Shown: in pieces, positions 48,201 to 59,856 of the stretch
Position numbering within the stretch: position 1 is the stretch's first letter
How the letters are laid out: each line of letters begins with the position of its first letter
NCBI RefSeq assembly: GCF_000143415.4
Contig: NW_003314270.1
Coordinates: 2,570,191 to 2,634,190 of the forward strand
Source: Selaginella moellendorffii
Lineage: Eukaryota; Plantae; Lycopodiophyta
Direction: 5' to 3'
DNA length: 64,000 nucleotides
Made by a program: the position numbers and the translations under genes
The notes under the pieces: generated by a model
Told to the model about the DNA's origin: nothing
What the model saw: only the letters and a program-made list of their open reading frames with translations
The model's database searches: none

Positions 48201-51200
48201 TGGAATAGCTAGTCTACACAATGGAAGGATTAGTAAATTCAATGTGGAAATGGAGGTGTTGGTTCCCCTTGACTCAGTAGGAGTTGTTAGTCAATAGTCA
48301 ATGAGCAGTTGTTATAACTACCTTCATTTCTGGTTTTTTGAAGCTTGAGGGCAAAGAAAGAAAGGTAGTAGAAAGAAGGGTTGGACTTTGTATTTTTCAG
48401 TTTCTTTCTTATTCTATTATCCTAATTTAATGCTTAACAAAGTTATTGGAGCTAACTATAAAGGTAAGATAATGAAGCTATATAGTGATCAATCTATATA
48501 AATCTATGAAGGAACTAGAACTTACTAAACTATCCACTGAGAACCAATCTAATGAGCTAATGAATGGCTGAAATTGAGAACTACAGATCCATTTTATAGA
48601 CCTAGCAGAGGGAACATACCTCAGTTTTGGTTTGTGCCAGTGCCCCAAGGTGCCAAAGCTCTCAATATCAGACACAAGATGGGCCTTATCAAGAATTGAC
48701 TATGGCAGCATGCACAACTAACATTCCCTCCATTGAGTTTGGATTTTATGCTTTCTAAAACAAGTAATATATGGTTGAGTAATTCTTGTAGCTTGCATAC
48801 TAAGAGCAAATCCTTCATAGACTTTAGTTAAAGAGACAAACTTCTGAATTGATTAGAATTACAAACAAGTGATCACCCTTTTAATCATTTAACTTAAGGT
48901 GTAAGGGATAGAATCTTAATAGATTTCATTCCCTACATCTTGACCAAAAAATCTGTAAGCACTCTCCTACTCCACCTACTTCTACCCATGAAACTATGAA
49001 CTCAGCTGGCTATATAACCATAGCAATAACAACATAAGGAAATAAAACATATACCACCAACTTATGGAGGAGATTACTCTGTCAATGATCTCTAAACACT
49101 TGGCATGCAAAAAGTGCTATTATTGTTGTCATGATTATTGCAAAGAATTAATGACTGATTAATGCAATTGGTAATAGGTGGATCTTGCCATATGGAAAGT
49201 AGATTTTAAGCTTGATTGAATCTAGTGATGCAAACCATAATGGTGTACTTCATGTGAATGCTTTACTTATACATCCTTTACCAATTGAAAATGTTACCCT
49301 CACTTATTTATTCTGATCTTCATAAAACTTACTAGTGTCAACAACTATTATACACCATTTTATAGTGCTCCTCCACAAGGTGAATGTCTCGAATGAAATA
49401 ATGGATAGAGAGGTCATAAAGGTCATCAACTAGATTCTAGGATACCAGATTCAAGTCAATAACAACATCCAATGAATGGAGTAATTTTAGCTAAGTTAGA
49501 GCCAAATTAATGTTGTAGGATATCTTTCTATAGCAAAACTTCTTCCTAGCCTTTTGTTTGTCATCATCTCTCTCTCTGCTCCACAATAGCATGAACTAGC
49601 TCAAGTAAAATTACCTTATTACAGTTTTATGACTACACAACAAAGCATAAGCTAAAGACTTCATATACTTAGCATCAATAGAAAATGCATCCACAACTTG
49701 AGAGGACTTGGTCCAACACCCACGATGACATACAATAATAGGCAGAGGTCACCCTCTCTCTCTTCCACATGATTTAAAAGTATCGATTTGGGAATATAGT
49801 GCAAATGAACATTACTCAACAGCTATCCTAAGACCACCAAGTTTCATTTGCTTTAGTTCAATAAACTTGGTTTTTCACAAAGGACGATAGTACTAAAATT
49901 AAGTTACATTTTAAAATTCTACATTAGAAGGCTGAGAATGGACTTCATACCCAGTCCTCAAGAACCTGGTACCCTAGCATTTGCTATAGTTATTTACACC
50001 ATAGAAAACAGTGATAAAAAAGTCACCATCTCCACCACTCATTCCACACTAATGTAAACAAATGGCTTGCAATCACCATATAGTATTAGAATGCTAACAG
50101 TATAGACTCCATCAAGTAAGTTCTCGCCCATAGAATCCCAACGAACTCAATCACAAAAGACAATGAATAGAAGTCTATATGAGGGAATTAAAATACATGA
50201 GCTCACATTTTAGAATTTGGTAATTTAAAAAATTAGTCTAAATATGTTAAACTCCTTTTAATAGTAGCACCTTCACACAAATGAATAAGCAAAGGGATGG
50301 AGAAATCAAAGTGCCTACATCCCAAAACCTCCTTAATTATTTGTCCACAGACACCATCCACCACTAGGGATCTAACATTGACAAACACATAGCTGGGGAT
50401 GGGATTTCAACTCTCTCAATACTCTTTGATCATCATCTACAATTAGCTAGCATCACACACCCTACACTTAAATAATTATTCACCATATTTTCCTTGCTAT
50501 TTCCAATCACTCACTACTTTACTCTCCAGCCATGCTACTATCACTTACTTTGATAAAAACAGTTAGCACACCCAAAACTCAAGTCTTCCAATTGCAAGAC
50601 TTGGCCCTCCTTTAGGTGGCAATGATTGTTGTCATAGTTGAATAAGCTAGACATCAGTATTCAGAGAGATCACCCACTAAGATCCCCAACATGACACCCA
50701 CCACCATTGTAATGAACACTACCTAGGTGGAAGCAACTCTAAGACTTGGTTAATAAACACTTCACTACTATACTAGTGTTGGTGATTGAGGACACCACTA
50801 ATTCATGTTAGCATTACCTCTTTTAATCATCAAAACCACTTGGTTCATAAGGGTGATAAACCACTATACACTCACATAGCCATCCCAAGGCATGAACTGG
50901 TCTTTACTCATTATGGTTGACAACCTAGCCTTCAAGCAAAACACCTAATTTGGAAAGAAGTTAGAAAATAAATTTAGTATCATGATGTACCATTTGACAT
51001 CAATAGATTTGTGTGTGACTTCCATAATGAGGAAGATTTTAGATAGGTTCTAGGAATTACTATCTAGTTCATAAAATGAAGACATCACATAGTGGACTTC
51101 GAAGGCCATAAAAAACCTACTTTGCAAGGTAGAAATTCTTGTTCATATTGACAAAGTTGTTAATATAATTATTTGTAAAGTACTAGTGACATATTACATC

Positions 51201-51689
51201 CCATTAATGGTCTACTTCACACATAATAAAATATCCTATCCTCTCTAAAGCTCTATTTCGTTAAAGTGGGAATTGTTATTATCCCACTTGTAAAATAAGG
51301 TTTCCAAACCTTTATATAATATATAAATATAACAAAATTCAACTGCATTGAGGCACATGCCATTTTATTTTAAACAAGGAAATGTCTACTCAATCACTTC
51401 TTCTCCCCCTGCCACTGCTTCACCTCTCTCTTCTCCTTGTCATCGTCGTCCAATTTCTTTCCATCCTTTTAATATTGGCTCAGTTGCTCCGAGTCTAGGT
51501 GGAGCCCAAGTCCCCATTCAATCTTTACTTTCCCCTTATTAATAAAACAACTTCGTAGACTTCCAATAACATGCTGTAACACTTCTAGTATAATGCAAAT
51601 CCTCTCAAAGAATTGTCTTTTAATATTAATACAATGGCATGGAACCCCATGCCATAATAAGTTACATTTTTAAATAAATACATGCCATC

Positions 51690-52574
51690 TCAGACTGTTA
51701 TTTTTTGCCTCCAACGCCTATACAATAATCTTGGAATTTCATCACTCTCTACACTATCAGGATTTAAACCCAATAGTAATGCCATCTCTTCTCTAATACG
51801 TCCACGCTCATGTTTAGTGGTCGAAGAACCCATCCGGTTGAGCAGATTATGGAGATGCGGATAGTGCTTGGCTAGACAATATACATGCCATAAATGATGA
51901 CTGGTGTCTGTCTGATCAAATGGCTTCTGATATACCGTTCCATCTGCCATTTGGTTGATTTCTGCAGCCACCTCTTGGACTGGCCAATTCTCTATCACTA
52001 TCGCTCCAAGCTGTTTTGCAAGGTCCCCCAAAACATAGGGTTTCTTCTCCCTAGTTTCCATACTGCAAGAGATGGGGTGCACTGCATATGTGTGCGTGTT
52101 CGCTACAGTTTTAATCGGCGAGTCATCGATGATGAGGATTTCACTTGACCTAGCAGTCCGGTTCATCACTACAGCCTCTGGCTTGACGAAGATGGGCTTG
52201 CTACCCCTCACATGGACCATAGTCAAGCAATCCTCCTGCGTTAGGAGAAAGTCAAATGGTAATATTACTCGCGTCTAATCGTGCATCATCTGTAGCAACG
52301 TTAATGCATTATGGCACATCATAGATGTCCAAACTCCCAATTGCAAATTGAACCCGGCCCTCTGTTTTAAGTGTCGCATGGTCATTATTAGATCCTGCAG
52401 TTTCTCCCGTGTGATTAATGTGAATCTGTCTCTTTTGACCAACTTGCGACCGCAGGCTTTGGAGGGTGCAGTGACATTCGAGGACGAGCCACGCTCATGG
52501 GAGAAAAGGACACCGTTCAGATAAAAAACGATACAGTACCTTCGCCGTGACTCTGAAATGAAATGCATCAGCAT
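51690..52574 (-). pseudogene. FCP1/NIF-like HAD phosphatase domain (last exon of the cargo gene), with a premature stop at 52275-52277
   Basis: RYCIVFYLNGVL (DLNGxL-like), LGVWTS, QEDC...KPIFVK, ILIIDDSPIK...N...P. Confidence 0.65.
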
Positions 52575-54490
52575 AAAAAATGGTACAAGTCAATTTTACC
52601 ATCTACATTATTAGCGAATGGTGCTCCCGATAGTCGTTGAGAGGGTTTTGGTCGAGGAAACGTGAAGGGCGGAAATACTCTCCTCTGCAATATGGGGTCA
52701 ATCGCATATGATGGCGTGTGGGCACATGCCATTTCAGCTGTAGACTCTGGTACAACTGGCTCAACAGTGGCATGGGGTGGTTCCGATGGCGTGTGATTAC
52801 ACGCCATTTCAGCTGGTGCCTCCGTTGGCAAAGTGGACATGACCGAACAGGCAGCAGGGGCGGTGTAGGGAGGTTTCAACGACGCGTAGTCAGACGATTG
52901 GGCACATGTTGAGTCCGTTGGAAATGAGGATACGACTGGCTCGGCGGCTGGGGCGGCCTCATGCGGGTCCAATGGCGCCTGGTCACCGTTAGTTGGATAC
53001 GTGGACAAGATTGACTCAGTGGTATGGGCAGCATCAAGTGGAGCGTGGTCAGTTTGCTTGGCGTTGATATGGATAGTAGCCTCCACCAGCTCTGATGACT
53101 CTTGCAGACAAGTAGAGTCCACTGGCAGATCCATATGCATGTCCAAATATCTCCCTTCGATTGAGATGGTATCCTCCCGTGCTACTAAAAACAAACTCAT
53201 TAGCACATTGAATCGACTATACTGTATTTACCATCAACTGCTATTGAGGAACTAGGACCGATATCACTTGGGCGCACTGCTAATTCTGAAGGATTGGACA
53301 TACATTTCGACCCTTGCTTGGCATTATCCTTCCTCGACACTAAAGGCTAGAGTTTGTAAATTCAACTGAATAATCTCTACTTACCATTTGCTCTGCGACC
53401 TACATGGACAATGTTAGAAATGGTAAAAGGTTAGGAATGGATGTACTATTATTTACCTGATGGTTTGTCTTGTATGACCTTCCTCCGCTGCTCTTTGGCC
53501 ACCTCAGGCTGGCCATCGTCGTCATCATCGTCGTCGTTGTTATTGTGATCATCACCATTGTGAGGACCATCCAAGTCCTCTTCATCCTCCTCTTCTTCGT
53601 CCTCCTCTTCTTTGTCCTCCTCTTCATCCTTCTGCTCTTCCTGCTCATTATCTTTCTCTGGCTCCTCATCCCCCTCTTGCATTTCTTCCATAGGCTACTC
53701 AAGCTGGATGGTTTGTTCTTCCAGGACCATCTTGGGAAAATCATCTGGCCGAGTCTCCATCTCAAAATACAACATAGCCTGTTTTAGTGCGTGACCTAGG
53801 ACCGTATCCTCACCCGACTGTCTTAACATGGTTTCTGCACATTCTTGCACCCTTCGAAGACAACGAGATGAGAAAAACGTGGCCCTGACTTGAAAAGCAT
53901 CCCTCATCCATTGTACATCTCTATTGAGATTGGGGAAGGGGAGTCCGCCATAGGAATCTGAGTCAGGAGGTGGTGACTGCCTGCTTTCACTCAGCCCTTG
54001 ATCTGCAATGAATGGCATGAGCACACACGCCATAACCGCGAGGCATTACCTATCATCTTTTCGTTGCCCTTCTTCCTTTTCAAATCAAACGCTTCTGATC
54101 CCGACGACTGTCCAACGTGCTTTCGCTTTTTATGACCACTGTCAGTTTGAGCTTGGCTAGTGCTTGCCTGTTTTGCCTTTGAAGAAGTGTCTCCTGCAAG
54201 GAATGGCATGAGACCACACGCCATTGCAAATATAATTTGTACCTCCTTTTTTCCTATTGCTTGTCTGTTTGTCCTTCTTCGACGCGCCACCAGTGCGCTT
54301 TTCAGTCCTCGTGTCTGAATATTCACAACGATCTATAATCAAAATGGCGTGAGGCCTCACGTGACCTTACCTTGTGCAGGTTGTGAGCTCGGCCCAACAT
54401 GGGTATCTTCAACAGTAGCTGTTAACGCCATTTCAGCATCTAGGGGTGGCCACGCTCCTGCATACAGAGCTTGTGAGATAACATTTAAAC

Positions 54491-55831
54491 TTAAAGTGCG
54501 TACTCACCAGGTTTGCAGAGAAGATACTGTTTTTCTTTGGCAACTGTAATTATATGCTCCATTGAAGTCACCTCTTCAATGGAGTTTGTCACCGCAACAC
54601 ATGGGACACCCTTGAGTAGTGCGGCTCGAAAGAATAGTCCGCCGCAGTTGTACTCGACAACGCATTTGCCCTTGGAGTCGGAAGCAGGTGACCCACCTGC
54701 TATTGCGTTGAAGACCCAGCTGAGCATTTCCCATGCTGCACCTGGAGCTTTCTTTGGATTCGAAAGCTCCATAGCCGTCTTCAGTTCCTCAGGCACGGGT
54801 AAATTGACCTCCCTCAGATCAATTTGATCGGCTTTGTCGAACGAAGCTGGGAAGTCACTCCAGTCCCACTCTGCTGCAGGACCAATAACAAGGGCGAGTG
54901 TGAAGATGCGGACATTCGTCAGTATCTTCTTCTTAGCCATTATCCCATGGATCTCCCGCATCTCCTTGCCTTTCAACCGAGCCTTCACCTCGTTCAAGGC
55001 CTTCCAGAACTTGTGATAGGATTCGGAGTCGTAGATCATATAGTGGACTGAAGATTCCACCTCCGCAAGTCCCACCATTAAGTCAATGATGGAGCTGACT
55101 TTGTCTGCATGAGTGATCTCCTCGTTTGTGAAGTCCATCACACAAAAGATGTTCTTGACCTGCTCATCTCCGCGGGAAACGATGCTCCTCCACCTTTGAT
55201 CCTCATCCGAATTCAAGTATACCCAGTAAGGTTCTCGATAGGCCTCTGCTGCGGGGTCGAGCTGTTTCTGAAGCCGGCGGTCGACATCACTCTTAATGAA
55301 ATTTGGATACTGATCCAACTTCTCAGCTTTACTTTTCGTGGCATCCCGCAGCAGATCGATGAACTTGGGGGCCCCCTTCACGTACTCGTCGATGTCTTCA
55401 TTTGACAAATCCAGCACTTCCATCATCTCTTGCGTGGTGTCGATGCTCACCCTCTCCACGGCCACTTGCTCGAAGATCCAATCCTTCAATAGCGCACGAG
55501 CTCTCAGAGTCGTGCACAAGTCCTCGTATGTCACAATATGGCCGGGAGTCATTTTGGTCTTGTTGAAGACTACCTCACCACGTAGAAGAGCATTAGCCAC
55601 TGTTAGAAGGTCGTTGTCGTCTAGAGACCGCGAGAAACGCAAGGCATTGAGCTTCAAATCATTGGGCTTCCGGCCGTCCTCCACACCCATTGAGTTTAGT
55701 AACTCCCCGTTATGGTACCTCCTCAGCACATCTACCCATTTGTCAAAAACAACTTTTGTCGCGAGTAGAATGTTATGGATGCTGAGTGTGTCATTGACCC
55801 CCAGTGTTTTCGAGAGAAGACTCGAGAATTC
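54491..55831 (-). pseudogene. Cargo-gene exon ending in a DNA amino-methyltransferase-like (N6A/N4C) SAM-binding segment
   Basis: NPKK...WVF.......KCVVEYNCGGLFFRAALLKGVPCVAV parallels xK P..L...GDxVLDPFxGSG....AA...GR..IG of beta-class amino-MTases. Confidence 0.5.
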
Positions 55832-55885
55832 CTGCAATGGAAATGGCGTGAGGCCACATGCTATGCCACATGCAACGAGGCTTAC

Positions 55886-56725
55886 CTGCTATGCGCTAGT
55901 TGCTAGTGCACGTCCTTGTCCTGGTTTTTGTGGCTTCTTCAGTTGAACCCAGAGCTTCCGTGTTCGTGCCAATGTCTCGTGCAGACCCGATTTGTAGCAC
56001 GTTTCTTGCTTGACATTCTGCGTGTGGGAGATGTATATGATAGATCGGAGGGGCGAGCTGCCTTTTATCAAGCGGACAACTCTTGTCTTGAAGACTTTCT
56101 TCACCTCCTCGCCCACCATAATATCCACAACTATCTCTTGCATCGCCAAGCTAGAATGCTGCCCGGAGACGGCATAGAACCGGATGTTCTGATCGTCCAA
56201 CACCTTCCTATTGATCAAGTCTGGAAACCTCGTCTCGCCCTTCATTGTTCGGTAGTAGGGGATCACGTCTGCGATGTCGGGTGTTACTGGACTTGCCAGC
56301 ATCTTCTGCTTTAGTTTCTCCACCCACTCATCAGATATTAGCCTGTGGTTGTATTTGCTTTGGATGTCGATACGGCTCACGTCGATTATATATACTTTGT
56401 TGGAATAGTAACAAGTACTATTATCTACGACGATTTTTGCTGCCTCTTCTTGCTCGTTTTGCTCTTTGCGGCTTTTCTTTTTGGTGGGTGTAGTGTTCGA
56501 ACCCGAGGCAATGGCATCACCGAGTAGCTTCTTTTTTGGAGGAGAGTCGGACGTTGGCTTGAGCTTGACCACCCTTTTCTGCTTCGGGGTAGTTTCCAGA
56601 TTGACCCCCTTCCCCTTTGCTTCGCGAACTGGAGGCACTCTCAACGGCTCAATGTTGGAATATAGTTTTTGAACATCGCCATAGGTGAGGTCCGTGGATT
56701 CCATGTGATCTTCATAGACCCGCAA
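55886..56725 (-). pseudogene. Cargo-gene exon with a Lys-rich (NLS-like) region and a ParB/Srx-like domain; premature stop at 55889-55891
   Basis: IDVSRIDI...HRLISDEWVEKLKQKM...FYAVSGQHSSLAM, a ParB/DGQHR-type GxH motif. Confidence 0.55.
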
Positions 56726-58565
56726 CGTCTTTTGAAATTGTGGGCCTCCTGGACAACCTCTCCCTAGCTCCCTCTAGGAATTCCTCATAACCGCTGCCCC
56801 CTTCCGGGAAGCCGCTAGGATGTGCAAAGTGGATCTTGAAGGCGGACGCTGTCTCTACCACAAGTGCCAGTCCATATTCTTGCATGGAACTGCATGGAGT
56901 GTCTGTCACTTGGATGAGGATCCCTATGCATTCTTTTCTCCCACCATCTGTGTTGTACAGCCTCAGATCCTCACCTTCCATCCCGAAAGTCCAACTGGTG
57001 AGCTCCTCCCCCTTCTCTACATCCACATTGACAGTGGCTGGAAGAAGAATGCAATTCCTCGCCTGTTCAGAAATGCACAACAATTAGAGCTGACAGATGA
57101 AAAGCTAGCAGCTGGAAATAACGTGAGGCCACACGCCATTCACCACTGCATCAGATGTCTTGAGGCTGCATCCTAAAATGGCGTGAGGCTACACGCCATC
57201 TGTAACCGGACTGCACTCGAGAGCCCAATCGGTGCATGCCAATGTTGCTACTGAATGGCATGTGGCCTCATGCCATTTTCTACTTGGCCTAAAAGACTTA
57301 CCATTTGAAGCCGAATGGAGGTGTGACAATCGAGGCCGGACTCGCTGGCGAATGTGCATTATGTGTGCAGCGGATCGTAGCAGCAAGGCTACTCTGCCAC
57401 TTACAGTTGGAGAGTGGCACTGAAATCTCCCGGGACGCCAAGTGGGCTACGTGTGGGTGGCGGAGTGGGCGGCGGAGTTGGCGGAGAAGTTACAAACTGG
57501 GTGTGTCTTGAAGTGGACGCCGATGCATATGAGCGCGATGCGAGCGCGAGTGTGATGCAAGCGCGAGTGGACGCCGATCCACACGAGAAACCTGTAGAGA
57601 AGGTAGATGAGCGCGAATGTAAGCGTGATCGTGAGTGGGAGCGCGATGCGAGTGCGAGTACGAAGCAAAATGCAAAACCTAACCTCACACGCGCGAAATG
57701 TCACGACGGTTGGTAATCCCGCCACGTCATCATTCCTCGGACTTGGGCGCCACCATTAATTTCTGGATCGCCACGCGCATGCATGCACGTGAAATCCAAA
57801 AGAAATCCGCAACGTCATCATTCCTTGGACTGCATGCACGTGAAATCCAAAAGAAAGATCATGATTGGGATATCATTTAATACCTTCGCTATATTTATAC
57901 CATGCATGATTGGATATTCCAAAGCATCTTGTATTTCCAAAAATGCCAGATGTTCAGCTAAATAAATTGTCAGAGGATTTGATGTGACGTTCAAGCGTGT
58001 GGGCTCATGCAATTTTGATCCCAAAAAATGCACCAAAAAATGCTCGGTGTCATCTGGCGTTATCTCTTGAATGGCGTGGGGCCGCATGCCATTTTCAAGG
58101 GCACATAGGAGTATATTCCTAGAATATTCTGATACGGGCGAGATTGTTTTGAGTTTTCTGGAGATCCAACCGTTAGATCGTAACTAGATTTTACAGAATG
58201 GTATACAATGTCTTTCTTGATGACCCTGCAAAGAAGCATCTCGATCAGACACCACATGAGACCACACAAGCCTTACAATGTTTCAGGGGCATTTGCCATA
58301 GATCCGACCGTTATTTTGCTCCAAGATTTTACAGTTTGGTGTGCATTGACCTTTCCATCGACACTGCAAAGGGACATCACAATCAGATATGGGATCACAA
58401 GAAACTAACTTCACTAACTCTGGTTTCACCAAGATCTACGTAAGGAGTTATGAAATGAAAAGACCTTCTCTATTGAAATGTGTTTATGGTCCTAGGGGCA
58501 TTGTGACATATCAAAGGATTTTGCATCAAGTTCTGTATTTGCATGTTTATCAAACTACTGAATTG

Positions 58566-58592
58566 CTAAACTCTAAACCCTAAACCCTAAAC
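58566..58592 (+). repeat. Short interstitial plant telomere-like (telo-box) tract
   Basis: CTAAACTCTAAACCCTAAACCCTAAAC. Confidence 0.6.
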
Positions 58593-59856
58593 ATGTGGCA
58601 AATGCTGCGTGAAGAAAGATGCCCTTTCTGGGCAAATGCTGTAAGAGGAAGATGCCGAGCAGATGTATCTCAGGCTAGCGAAGGGGACAAACGAAAGCTA
58701 GCTATAAATATGATGGGATGCAAATAGATTACTAGGCTGGTCCTACGAAAATCAAAAACCATAATTGAAAACATTGAAAATGCAAAAAGAAAGGTTTATA
58801 ATATTTTTGAATTTTAAGCAACCAAAGGAATGTAAGTAGGGCATGTGTTTGTAAGTTTAAAAATGCCTCAACCACTTAAATTCCCAAGTAAATAAAGCTG
58901 TTTCTATTTTTGGTACAGGTAAACTTTATAGCGTGTGGGCTCATGCAATTTTGAACCCAAAAATGCACCAAAAAATGCTCGACTAGCATTATTCTTTGAA
59001 TGGCGTGTGGCCTTATATTGCCATAAATGGACCTACACACACAGCATAATTATTCCTTTACACGGCGAATAATTTTGGCACGGATCGCTGATACGGCATG
59101 GCAAAGTTCAAATCACTGACATGGCACAGCTGGATCGAGGCAAGGACATGATGTGACAAAGTTCAACCTCCGACAGCAAAGTCTAGAAGCTACTCAGTTT
59201 GAAATTTGTCAGAGGAATCATCAGATCTGGTTTGTCAGAGGATTTGATGTGACGTTCAAGCGTGTGTTATTTTTGAATTCTCAAACTCATTCCTAGGTCT
59301 ATCATTTTTGTGCGCCGTGTTCTTGGTTCCGCTTAGCGCAGTGAGCGCTGCTTGTGTAAGCGGCGTTGTGAGCTGTGGTTTATGCGTCTACAAGCGGTTG
59401 CGGCATTGCGAGCGCCATTGCGAGCGGTAGTTTATGCGAGTGGCAGTTTGTGCGAGCGGCGCTACGAGTAGTTGCGGTGTTGCGAGCAGCACTGTCTTTG
59501 GTGTGGCTACTGCTTCCTCTTGATATTCGGCACTTGTGCTTCCTGGTATGTTCACCATGGAATGGCTTAGGACCACATTTAGAAATGGCATAAGGCCACA
59601 TGCCATCTTGGGCCCTTGCAATTTCATGGCTAGCGTATTGTCATGTATGTTTTTACTTGCCTGTAGCTGTGTGTATATCAAGATGGCATGAGGCCTCATG
59701 CCAATTTTGTGAATGCAAAATTTCACGTGGGTGTCAATAGCATGTTTGAATAATGGCATGTGGCCTCATGCTATTGAGGTTGTTTGGTATGTTATGATTT
59801 AGGCTATTCTCCAATCATTTTTTGTATGGTCTTAACTTCTTTTCTGCACTTTCAGA

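Noticed and set aside
48300-51300. Coding potential in the AT-rich block
   Set aside because: No long ORFs and strongly CpG-depleted; likely old TE debris with no assignable motif.
51200-51400. Terminal inverted repeats/TSD of the large element
   Set aside because: I could not find a convincing matching pair by eye, so the boundaries are given only as the extent of the palindromes and genes.
58566-58592. Chromosome end or telomere fusion scar
   Set aside because: Only about 3 units; such telo-boxes are common near plant promoters.
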